A stretch of DNA of 32,000 nt from Candidatus Methanoperedens sp. (GTDB lineage Archaea; Halobacteriota; Methanosarcinia; Methanosarcinales; Methanoperedenaceae), in assembly GCA_041494705.1 (NCBI GenBank), contig JBGQBI010000006.1, positions 169,559-201,558 of the forward strand. The letters run 5' to 3'. The stretch's first letter is position 1. Every line of letters starts with the position of its first letter. Shown here one piece after another: positions 18,281-25,242 of the stretch. The notes beneath the pieces are model-generated. The model saw only the letters and a program-made list of their open reading frames with translations. It was not told the origin of the DNA and ran no database searches. A program made the position numbers and the translations under genes.

Positions 18281-18742
18281 ATGACTTTGATTGAAGTTGA
18301 AAAACATGAAGTGGAAGAACCGAAATCAGAACCTGTGCGTGTGCGCGGGCTTCCGTTTTTCCCGCATTTCTTACTTCGTGAAGTGGTTGTAATGTGCCTT
18401 ATTGCAGGAAGCCTCATATTACTGGCATCGTATTACCCGGCAAGCCTGCTTAAGCCGGCTGACCCCTTTGATACCCCAACACCGATATACCCTGAATGGT
18501 ATTTCCTTTATGTCTTCGGTTTCCTGAAATTCTGGACATGGAATATCGGACCGATACCTGCAAAAATCATAGGCGTAACTCTGCCGATGATTCTCTGGTA
18601 TGGTCTTCTGATACTGGTGCCATTTATTGACAGGAACCCCTCATCTGATATAAGGAGAAGAAAACTTGCGGTTGCACTCGGGATTATAGCCCTGATTGGC
18701 GTACTGTATTTCACATACTACGGCATAGTTCACGGAGAATGA
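18281..18742 (+). CDS. Cytochrome b C-terminal domain protein (subunit IV / PetD-like)
   Basis: 153 aa with the Qo-site PEWYFLY motif and three hydrophobic helices. A GGGAGG Shine-Dalgarno is present. Confidence 0.88.
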   Translation: MTLIEVEKHEVEEPKSEPVRVRGLPFFPHFLLREVVVMCLIAGSLILLASYYPASLLKPADPFDTPTPIYPEWYFLYVFGFLKFWTWNIGPIPAKIIGVTLPMILWYGLLILVPFIDRNPSSDIRRRKLAVALGIIALIGVLYFTYYGIVHGE

Positions 18743-18918
18743 AACTTTCAAAGTCGGAATATGAACGCATAGATGCAGTATCCAAAATACTGGGACTGAT
18801 ACTGCTGGCGTTCAGCATAGATAATGCATCAAAGGGCAATTATTATATTGCCCTTGCTCTTTTTGGCATAGGCGGGATAATAAGTATCGTGCCCGTGTTT
18901 ATTAAGGTTGAGACTTGA
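18739..18918 (+). CDS. Untracked 59-codon hydrophobic ORF, candidate small subunit of the Rieske/cyt b complex
   Basis: My translation is MKLSKSEYERIDAVSKILGLILLAFSIDNASKGNYYIALALFGIGGIISIVPVFIKVET. Its ATG overlaps the subunit-IV stop as ATGA (18739-18742). It has one to two hydrophobic helices and is below the 60-aa cutoff of the ORF track. Confidence 0.45.
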   Translation: MKLSKSEYERIDAVSKILGLILLAFSIDNASKGNYYIALALFGIGGIISIVPVFIKVET

Positions 18919-19150
18919 GTTTGAGAATCGTTTTTAATTCAGCCTCGTTTACTTTGTAAGTGAAGGTTTTTTCGCCGTCTATTTCTATTACTGGTATCAG
19001 ATACTTGTATTTTTCAAATATCTCTTTGTCTTTTTCGATATCCACTTCCATTAACGAGAATGGAAATTCTTTCCGGATTTTTATAAGGGCTTCTTTGGCG
19101 ATGTCACACAAGTGGCAGTTTTTTTTGGAGTAAATCGTTATATTGACCAT
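18902..19150 (-). CDS. Glutaredoxin-like small thioredoxin-fold protein (DUF836-like)
   Basis: 82 aa. The N-terminal beta-strand plus redox motif reads ITIYSKKNCHLCD, with the typical ..IPVIEIDGE.. later in the sequence. Confidence 0.75.
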   Translation of the reverse strand: MVNITIYSKKNCHLCDIAKEALIKIRKEFPFSLMEVDIEKDKEIFEKYKYLIPVIEIDGEKTFTYKVNEAELKTILKLKSQP

Positions 19151-19203
19151 AAATGATTAAATTTTAGTTATCCTTTAATACATCAAAAACCTATCCGAGA
19201 GTT

Positions 19204-20604
19204 ATGGTATGCGAAGAATTTACCGGGAAATTTGATGATTATAAAAACATCCGAAAACTTAAAAAACTTTTCGGGACTTTCGGTTTCAGGGGAGTTGTAA
19301 ATGAGGGGATTAGCGCTGACAAGGCTAAACGGGCAGGCGGAGCGTTAGCGGTATATCTGGGAGAGGGAAAAACAATTGCTATCGGAAAAGACCCAAGAAT
19401 ATCTTCTCCAATGCTTGAAGAAGCGCTGGTGGAGGGGATAATAGAAAACGGCTGCAATGCGCTTACACTCGGGATAATAACCCCGAATACGCTCTCGCTT
19501 GAAGTGGGCAGGCAGGCAGATGCCGGCGTTATGATAACAGCTTCACACAATCCGCCTGAATATAACGGGATAAAGTGCCTCAGCAAACGCGGAATGGGTT
19601 TTTCTCCTGAGGAAGACCTTGCGCTTGAGAAAATATATTTCGGCGAGGTTAAGAAGACAGCAAAAAAAGGAAAAAAACTGACCGACAGCGGCGCAGGCGA
19701 GAGGTACCGCGCCCACATAGTGCAGTATGTAAAAAAGCTCTTTCCAACAAAGCCAATGAAAATTGTGGTTGACGGCGGCGGCGGCTCAGCATCAACCGTG
19801 ACTCCTGAAACCCTTGAAAGTCTGGGACATGAGGTGGTGAGGTTCAACTGCAAATACGACGGCATGTTCAGGGAAAGAAATCCCGAACCTACGGATGCGA
19901 ACCTTGAAAAACTAAAAAAACTTGTAATCTCTGAAAATGCTGATATGGGTGTCGCGCATGACGGTGACGGCGACAGGACTGCATTTGTGGATGAGAACGG
20001 GAAATTCATCCAGGGTGATTTTTCTGCATCGATAATTGCAGACCATGTTCTGCGGCAATGTAAAGACAAGAAAAAGATAATAGCAGTGACGATTGCTTTC
20101 TCAAACATCATTGAACACGTTGCGGGGACACTGGGCGCCGAGGTTATTTACACGCCGGTCGGGGAACCCTATCTTGCGCAGGCAAAACTCTTATGCGGGG
20201 CGCAGGTTGGGCTTGAGGAACACGGCTCGGTGCTGCTTGAGTGGAGCCGCGAGGGGCCGATGCTTGCCGGGGTGATGGCAGGGATACTTGCAAAGGAATG
20301 GATGACACTTTCGGAGCTTGTGGCTTCGTATCCAAAATATTACCAGATAAAGGATGCGAAAACGCTTCCAGCAGGTACGGACACGCAGGCGATTCTGGAC
20401 AGGCTGAAGCAGGAGATTCCCCAGGATTTCGAAAGGCTCTCGGATATGGATGGCGTGCGGGTGGACTACGAGGACGGATGGTTCCTTGTGAGGGCGAGCG
20501 GGACTGAGCCTAAGGTAAGGGTATTTTCAGAGGGGAAGACCGAGGCGAGGGCGCGAGGATTGAATAAGGTCGCGATGGGGGGGCTGGAGAGGGCGATGGA
20601 GTAA
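19204..20604 (+). CDS. Alpha-D-phosphohexomutase family enzyme (phosphoglucosamine/phosphomanno/phosphoglucomutase)
   Basis: The catalytic Ser loop is TASHNPPEYNGIK. The Mg loop is GVAHDGDGDR. The phosphate-binding loop is RASGTEPKVRV. Substrate specificity is not resolvable by eye. Confidence 0.88.
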   Translation: MVCEEFTGKFDDYKNIRKLKKLFGTFGFRGVVNEGISADKAKRAGGALAVYLGEGKTIAIGKDPRISSPMLEEALVEGIIENGCNALTLGIITPNTLSLEVGRQADAGVMITASHNPPEYNGIKCLSKRGMGFSPEEDLALEKIYFGEVKKTAKKGKKLTDSGAGERYRAHIVQYVKKLFPTKPMKIVVDGGGGSASTVTPETLESLGHEVVRFNCKYDGMFRERNPEPTDANLEKLKKLVISENADMGVAHDGDGDRTAFVDENGKFIQGDFSASIIADHVLRQCKDKKKIIAVTIAFSNIIEHVAGTLGAEVIYTPVGEPYLAQAKLLCGAQVGLEEHGSVLLEWSREGPMLAGVMAGILAKEWMTLSELVASYPKYYQIKDAKTLPAGTDTQAILDRLKQEIPQDFERLSDMDGVRVDYEDGWFLVRASGTEPKVRVFSEGKTEARARGLNKVAMGGLERAME

Positions 20605-20619
20605 TCTTTTTCTCAGTAC

Positions 20620-20646
20620 AGGGAACCTAATTCAATTAGTTTCCCT
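20620..20646. terminator. Near-perfect 27-nt palindrome between convergent genes (bidirectional terminator candidate)
   Basis: agggaacctaatt-c-aattagtttccct pairs at 12 of 13 positions. It lies between the mutase stop (20604) and the JAMM stop (20657). Confidence 0.4.
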
Positions 20647-20656
20647 CTGAAAAGAA

Positions 20657-21058
20657 CTATATCTCGGCTATTTTCACAGCCTTCACCCCATTCTCCCACA
20701 CATACGCCATCATCCCATCAGCGCCTGCAATCAGCCACACAGAAGTATCGTTTTGCATTGTCTCCCTGTCCCACAGCGAAGGCACGGCAGAAGAAACCGG
20801 ATGAGTATGAAACACCCCGACAATCTCCCTGCCATTTTTCCCGGCTTCGTTCCATGCGTTGTAATGCTCTTTCGGGTCAAGTTCAAAACTTGTTCTTGTG
20901 CGCTTCACATTGGTCACAGGGAGGGCTTTTTCCACGAGCGCCGTGCTGCCGTTGATGATTCCCACCAGCACACCGCAGGCTTCGTAAGGCTTATTTGCTT
21001 CCAGCTCTGCCTTTATAAGCTCAATATCACGGTGAGAGATTTTGATTTCGTTAATCAT
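20657..21058 (-). CDS. JAMM/MPN+ metalloprotease (desampylase-type)
   Basis: It has an upstream Glu (YEACG) and HTHPVSSAVPSLWD (HxHx7Sx2D). The start was set at ATG 21058; the track extension to a GTG at 21088 runs into repeat copy B. Confidence 0.85.
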   Translation of the reverse strand: MINEIKISHRDIELIKAELEANKPYEACGVLVGIINGSTALVEKALPVTNVKRTRTSFELDPKEHYNAWNEAGKNGREIVGVFHTHPVSSAVPSLWDRETMQNDTSVWLIAGADGMMAYVWENGVKAVKIAEI

Positions 21059-21073
21059 AATATGAATTTTATA

Positions 21074-21138
21074 CACCGCAAAGGGCACGAAGAACGCAAA
21101 ATTGTGATGTCTTTGCGCCCTTAGCGTGCTTTGCGGTG
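21074..21138. repeat. Palindromic intergenic repeat element, copy B
   Basis: The arms are 21074-21100 caccgcaaagggcacgaagaacgcaaa and 21111-21138 ctttgcgcccttagcgtgctttgcggtg. The CACC ends face outward. It lies between the radical SAM gene and the JAMM gene. Confidence 0.7.
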
Positions 21139-21153
21139 AATTATCTCATAAGC

Positions 21154-22134
21154 TCATAAGTCGATATGCGGATTCAAATCGCATCCCGTACACGGCAGGC
21201 ACATAGTCTTCGCTACGCTTGCGTCAAGCCCGTATTTATCAAGTATCCTCCGTGACATTTTCGCAAGTTTCAATAGCCTTTGCGCAGTCGGGCGCTCAGC
21301 TTCCAGTTCCCCGAACCGCAGGGGATGCACTCCGACAGCTCTTATTATAGGAATAACGCCCATCCTTGCAAGTTCTTCATAATATTTTTCAACCGTTTCA
21401 TCTGTCTCGCCAAGCCCGACAATGAAGTTCGTAAATACATTGTTCTTCCCGAATACCTTTACCGCATCCTTCAGGCATTCAAGTGTAAAGTCAAGAGGAG
21501 GTTTTTTACAGTATTTATCATAAATCTCCCTGTCCATTGTCTCTACATTGTATTTTATCTCACTCGCGCCAGCCTCTTTCAAGAGGCGCGATGAATCTTT
21601 TGTGGGATAGACCGAGACGCCTATGGTAACATTATATTTCCGCAACGCCCTGACAAGGTCTACTGCCCTTTCCACTTCTTTTTCAGGCGACACTTCCACG
21701 CCTGAAGTTATCGAAATCCCTTTCATCTTCCCGAGATTGTATGCCTCTTCAACAAGCGCCAGCAGTTCTTCTGTTGATTTGACCTTGCCTTTAAGTTTCG
21801 GGACAGGACAGAATTTGCAATCATAAATACACCGCTCGCTCATGGTAATGTATGCCTGCTCAGGGCAGTGGATGAGTTCTTCTTCGATGGTTCCCCTGAC
21901 AAGCTCCTTTCCGCCTTTCAATATCACTATATCCCCATCGTCCTTTACAGCGCGCAGTGGCGAACCTTCATCCACGACCAGCCTTACCCTGTGCTTTCCT
22001 GACCTGAAGAAAAAAGCCTTGCCGCCCGCCCCCGGTCCTGCTGTGGGAATTGTGAGCCTGCCGAGCAGGGCTGGGTCGATATCGATTGCGCCGATGGATA
22101 TAAGCTCTGCTTTTATCGCCGTGTTCATTTTCAT
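21154..22134 (-). CDS. Radical SAM protein (biotin-synthase-related type, function unassigned)
   Basis: 326 aa with a canonical CIYDCKFC (CX3CX2C) cluster motif after an ~85-aa N-terminal domain, then a TIM-barrel-like remainder. Confidence 0.85.
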   Translation of the reverse strand: MKMNTAIKAELISIGAIDIDPALLGRLTIPTAGPGAGGKAFFFRSGKHRVRLVVDEGSPLRAVKDDGDIVILKGGKELVRGTIEEELIHCPEQAYITMSERCIYDCKFCPVPKLKGKVKSTEELLALVEEAYNLGKMKGISITSGVEVSPEKEVERAVDLVRALRKYNVTIGVSVYPTKDSSRLLKEAGASEIKYNVETMDREIYDKYCKKPPLDFTLECLKDAVKVFGKNNVFTNFIVGLGETDETVEKYYEELARMGVIPIIRAVGVHPLRFGELEAERPTAQRLLKLAKMSRRILDKYGLDASVAKTMCLPCTGCDLNPHIDL

Positions 22135-22188
22135 ACACTTTCACCATGCTTTCATTACATTTAATATTTAGGCAGCCAACCTCTATTC

Positions 22189-22269
22189 ATGCGTACCGGC
22201 ACCGTAAGCCTGCCCCTCCACGGAGGAAAAGCCCCTGCGTGGCTCAAGGATGGGTCATATTATAGCTGA
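22189..22269 (+). pseudogene. 26-codon remnant resembling the N-terminus of a DUF763-type protein
   Basis: My translation is MRTGTVSLPLHGGKAPAWLKDGSYYS*. The LPLHxGKAPxWL stretch matches what I recall as the conserved DUF763 N-terminus. The frame then terminates about 25 nt before repeat copy C. Confidence 0.3.
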
Positions 22270-22293
22270 GAACCTGATTTTCCAAAACCAGAC

Positions 22294-22337
22294 GCCTTTG
22301 CGGTGTGCGATTTTATTCACCGCAGAGCCGCAAAGAC
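22294..22337. repeat. Palindromic intergenic repeat element, copy C (short arms)
   Basis: gcctttgcggtg (22294-22305) and caccgcagagccgcaaagac (22318-22337) are separated by a 12-nt spacer. The element ends 10 nt from the ccmF stop. Confidence 0.65.
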
Positions 22338-22347
22338 TTCAAAAACC

Positions 22348-24621
22348 TTATCCGGTTTTGGATTTCGTACCCATTATCAGGATAATCCCGAAGGCAAAGA
22401 GTATGATGCCTGCCCATGCAAAATTAACCGCCGGGATGATTTTCAGCGTAAGGGGGATATAACCGCCGCTCTCGCCCTGGAAAATAACATATACATCCGT
22501 ACCTGTGATGCTTCTGTCAACCATCGGGAACGTCCCGCTGCCACCATTTCCCGAAAGGTATTCGGCTACACCGCTGCCAATCATTCGCTGGTTCTGGTAA
22601 ACTTCAAGTTTGACATCCTGAACGTTATACCTGTTCGATGTATCAAGACTATCACTATTGACTGCACTCAGCACTGGCTGCGCAAAACCGGTCATGATAT
22701 TACCGGTCACGGTCAGCCCGGCGCCGATTGTTTCTGTGATATTTCCGGGGAATACGGCCAACATGCTTCCTGAATTATCGGTCAGTTCCACAAGCGTGCC
22801 GTGTCCCTCCAGTGAACTTATATTTGTTATTTGCCCGCTTATTTTTACACTTGTCCCTTCAAATGCCGACGGGTTGTTCAAGATATCGGCAATTGGAGTC
22901 CCTGGGTAGGACTGTGTGTTTCCGGTCAGGCTGCTCGTCGACAGGTCAATAAACTTTACACCATAGCCATTCCCGATGTCGACCAATTCTCCTTTTGCAG
23001 TAAGCGGAATATTAATATTGTCTTTCGTGGATGTGAAACTGGAACTGATAATCGCGCCAAAAAGTATGAACACCACTCCAAAGTGTACTGCCGCTATGCC
23101 GATGCCTTTTATCCTGGGGCGGAGGCTTGTGATGCGCAGGTATTCCTGAAGCCGGTTTACTATTGCCCATGCCGCATAAATAAGTGATGGGAAGATGGAA
23201 ATGACCGAGATGGAACCTATCAGTTTATAGAGGGTGGGCTCACGTACAAAGAAGGGGCTTGTGTGGTCAAGAACATAGAAATTCGATGTTCGGAGAAACA
23301 TTGTTATTACCGAGAGCGCGGCAACCGCAGCAAGGTTTTGTATCTGGGTTTTTTTATCGGATTCCTTATAGTTCAAGCAGAACCCGAGCGCAAGCAGTAA
23401 TATGATGGTGAAAGGATAGCTCCATATATTAAAAAAGTTCTTGGTGTCGGAGGCTACGTTCACTTTAAGCCCCTGTGTCAATTGGATAAATACCGGGAAA
23501 GTGATACCCCAGAAAGAGATGAAAGCCAGGATAACGAATAAGAGGAGAGTTATATAGAAGATATTTGTTTTGTTCCAGAGCCCTTTATCCTCTTCAACCG
23601 TTTCAGTCTCTTCAAAGTATCGCCGCAGGCCAAGAACAAGGGAAATCACTGCGGCTATCAGGATAGATATGATTAGTAATGTGCCTGTGGAAGTCTCCCC
23701 GAAGGCATGGACAGAATTGAAAAGCCCGCTTCGAACAACGATGGCGGCGTATAGTACCAGAATGAACGAAACCGCAGCAAGCATCGGTGCTGCTATCGAG
23801 AAGGTTGTTTTATTCTTCCTGTGAAGAGATGCAGCATGTAGATAACCCGTGAGTGTAAGCCAGGGTATGAATGATGCAGTCTCGACAGGGTCCCATGCCC
23901 AGAACCCGCCCCAGCCCAATACCAGGTATGCCCAGACGCCGCCCACAGCTATGCCCATACCAAGGAATAACCAGGTAAATCGCGCCCACTGCCTGCCCAG
24001 TTCTTCCCAGCCTTCATCCTTTGTAAGCAGGTACACTATGGCAGTAGCAAAGGGTATTGTCATTGCTGCATAACCTATGAACATAAGAGGCGGATGGATG
24101 GTCATCCAGAAATTCACAAGCAGCGCGTTAAGACCGCTGCCGTCCGGGGGTACAAAACCCGCGGGGACATTTGATAATTCATAAATGGACTTAAATGGGG
24201 TCTGGATAAGCGTAAGCACTGTAAAATATATTCCTACTGCAAGAGTTATTATTTGCGTCCTTCTTGCCAGGGCAGTTGCATGCTTTGTGGTTTGTGCAAG
24301 CCATGCTGCCGAGATGAATATCACCCATACCCACAGAAGGTATGTGCCGGGTTGTCCCGCCCATGTCCCGGCTATTTTATAAATCAGCGGGAGGTCGCGG
24401 CTTGAGTACTGCCAGACGTATTCATAGGTAAAGTCGCTCACCACGAAATAATAGGTGATAAGGAGATAAGCGAAAGTCAAAAGCCCGGCTGTCAGGAATA
24501 TCAAGGGCGAGACGAATCTATTCAGGATATCGATATTTTTCTCTTTAAATATTAGCCCGATAAGCGCAACAGCGCTTACGAGAATGCTTAAATAAAGTAT
24601 TGAATCACCGAAAGTTATCAT
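22348..24621 (-). CDS. ccmF: Cytochrome c-type biogenesis protein CcmF (System I haem lyase)
   Basis: 757 aa and polytopic. The WWD signature is WGGFWAWDPVE. A large extracytoplasmic domain precedes the last TM helix, as in CcmF/NrfE. Confidence 0.9.
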   Translation of the reverse strand: MITFGDSILYLSILVSAVALIGLIFKEKNIDILNRFVSPLIFLTAGLLTFAYLLITYYFVVSDFTYEYVWQYSSRDLPLIYKIAGTWAGQPGTYLLWVWVIFISAAWLAQTTKHATALARRTQIITLAVGIYFTVLTLIQTPFKSIYELSNVPAGFVPPDGSGLNALLVNFWMTIHPPLMFIGYAAMTIPFATAIVYLLTKDEGWEELGRQWARFTWLFLGMGIAVGGVWAYLVLGWGGFWAWDPVETASFIPWLTLTGYLHAASLHRKNKTTFSIAAPMLAAVSFILVLYAAIVVRSGLFNSVHAFGETSTGTLLIISILIAAVISLVLGLRRYFEETETVEEDKGLWNKTNIFYITLLLFVILAFISFWGITFPVFIQLTQGLKVNVASDTKNFFNIWSYPFTIILLLALGFCLNYKESDKKTQIQNLAAVAALSVITMFLRTSNFYVLDHTSPFFVREPTLYKLIGSISVISIFPSLIYAAWAIVNRLQEYLRITSLRPRIKGIGIAAVHFGVVFILFGAIISSSFTSTKDNINIPLTAKGELVDIGNGYGVKFIDLSTSSLTGNTQSYPGTPIADILNNPSAFEGTSVKISGQITNISSLEGHGTLVELTDNSGSMLAVFPGNITETIGAGLTVTGNIMTGFAQPVLSAVNSDSLDTSNRYNVQDVKLEVYQNQRMIGSGVAEYLSGNGGSGTFPMVDRSITGTDVYVIFQGESGGYIPLTLKIIPAVNFAWAGIILFAFGIILIMGTKSKTG

Positions 24622-24622
24622 T

Positions 24623-25105
24623 TTATTTGCTCCTGACCGTATCTCTTACCTGGGTCACTATTGGCATTAAATAGTCTGGGCCCACCGCTCCCGGAACCCT
24701 CTGGAGCACATTGCCGTTCGGATCCATGAAAATCAAATAAGGCGGGTAGCCGACACCGTACCTGCTTGAAACATCCCTGTCAACATCAAGGTCCATTGCC
24801 ACGAGAACATAATCATTCTCCAGTATTTGTTTCACCTGTGGATTCCCGAGAGTATCGGTCTGGAATTTTGCGCAGTACTGGCACCATATTGCCCAGAAAT
24901 ACACCATGACCGGTTTTTTTTCCTGCTGTGCTATCTGGAATCCTTTTTCAAGACCGGAATCCGAGCGATAGAATTTGATACCGCCGAGATATGAATTATT
25001 TTTATCTGACAGCGTGAATTTTGAAAGAGCGATATTGTAAGAGCCATAAGCGAAGGAGATTATCAATATTAATACAAGGATTGTCAGAAGTTTCTTGGTT
25101 TTCAT
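24623..25105 (-). CDS. Membrane-anchored thioredoxin-fold protein (WCQYC), Trx paralogue 2
   Basis: 160 aa with an N-terminal signal-anchor helix and the redox motif YFWAIWCQYCAKF. It is paralogous to the ORF at 28640-29098. Its stop lies 1 nt before the ccmF start. Confidence 0.8.
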   Translation of the reverse strand: MKTKKLLTILVLILIISFAYGSYNIALSKFTLSDKNNSYLGGIKFYRSDSGLEKGFQIAQQEKKPVMVYFWAIWCQYCAKFQTDTLGNPQVKQILENDYVLVAMDLDVDRDVSSRYGVGYPPYLIFMDPNGNVLQRVPGAVGPDYLMPIVTQVRDTVRSK

Positions 25106-25206
25106 ATTTGGTTCCTGATTGACTGGAATTGGATATAAGGTGTGTGGTTTTAATCGATGTTTTTTGCTTATTTTTGATTTAATTCATTTTCTTATGCATG
25201 TATATA

Positions 25207-25240
25207 CTTTACGATATGTGTAAAGCGGGTTATAATATAA
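25207..25240 (-). promoter_or_regulatory. TATA box + CTTTAC-N7-GTAAAG palindrome (site 2)
   Basis: The minus-strand read is TTATATTA-TAACCCG-CTTTAC-ACATATC-GTAAAG. It lies about 100 nt upstream of the Trx2 start, and the TATA abuts the stop of the upstream gene. Confidence 0.4.
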
Positions 25241-25242
25241 AT

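Noticed and set aside
19239-20111. 290-aa minus-strand ORF inside the phosphohexomutase gene
   Set aside because: It is antisense to a gene with all four phosphohexomutase signature loops. It is S/P/F-rich with no family features, a typical shadow ORF.
22348-23000. Possible CcmE (OB-fold haem chaperone) fusion at the C-terminal extracytoplasmic domain of CcmF
   Set aside because: Bacterial CcmF also has a large periplasmic domain before the last TM helix. No HxxxY or CxxxY haem-binding motif is visible in this segment, so a fusion cannot be supported by eye.
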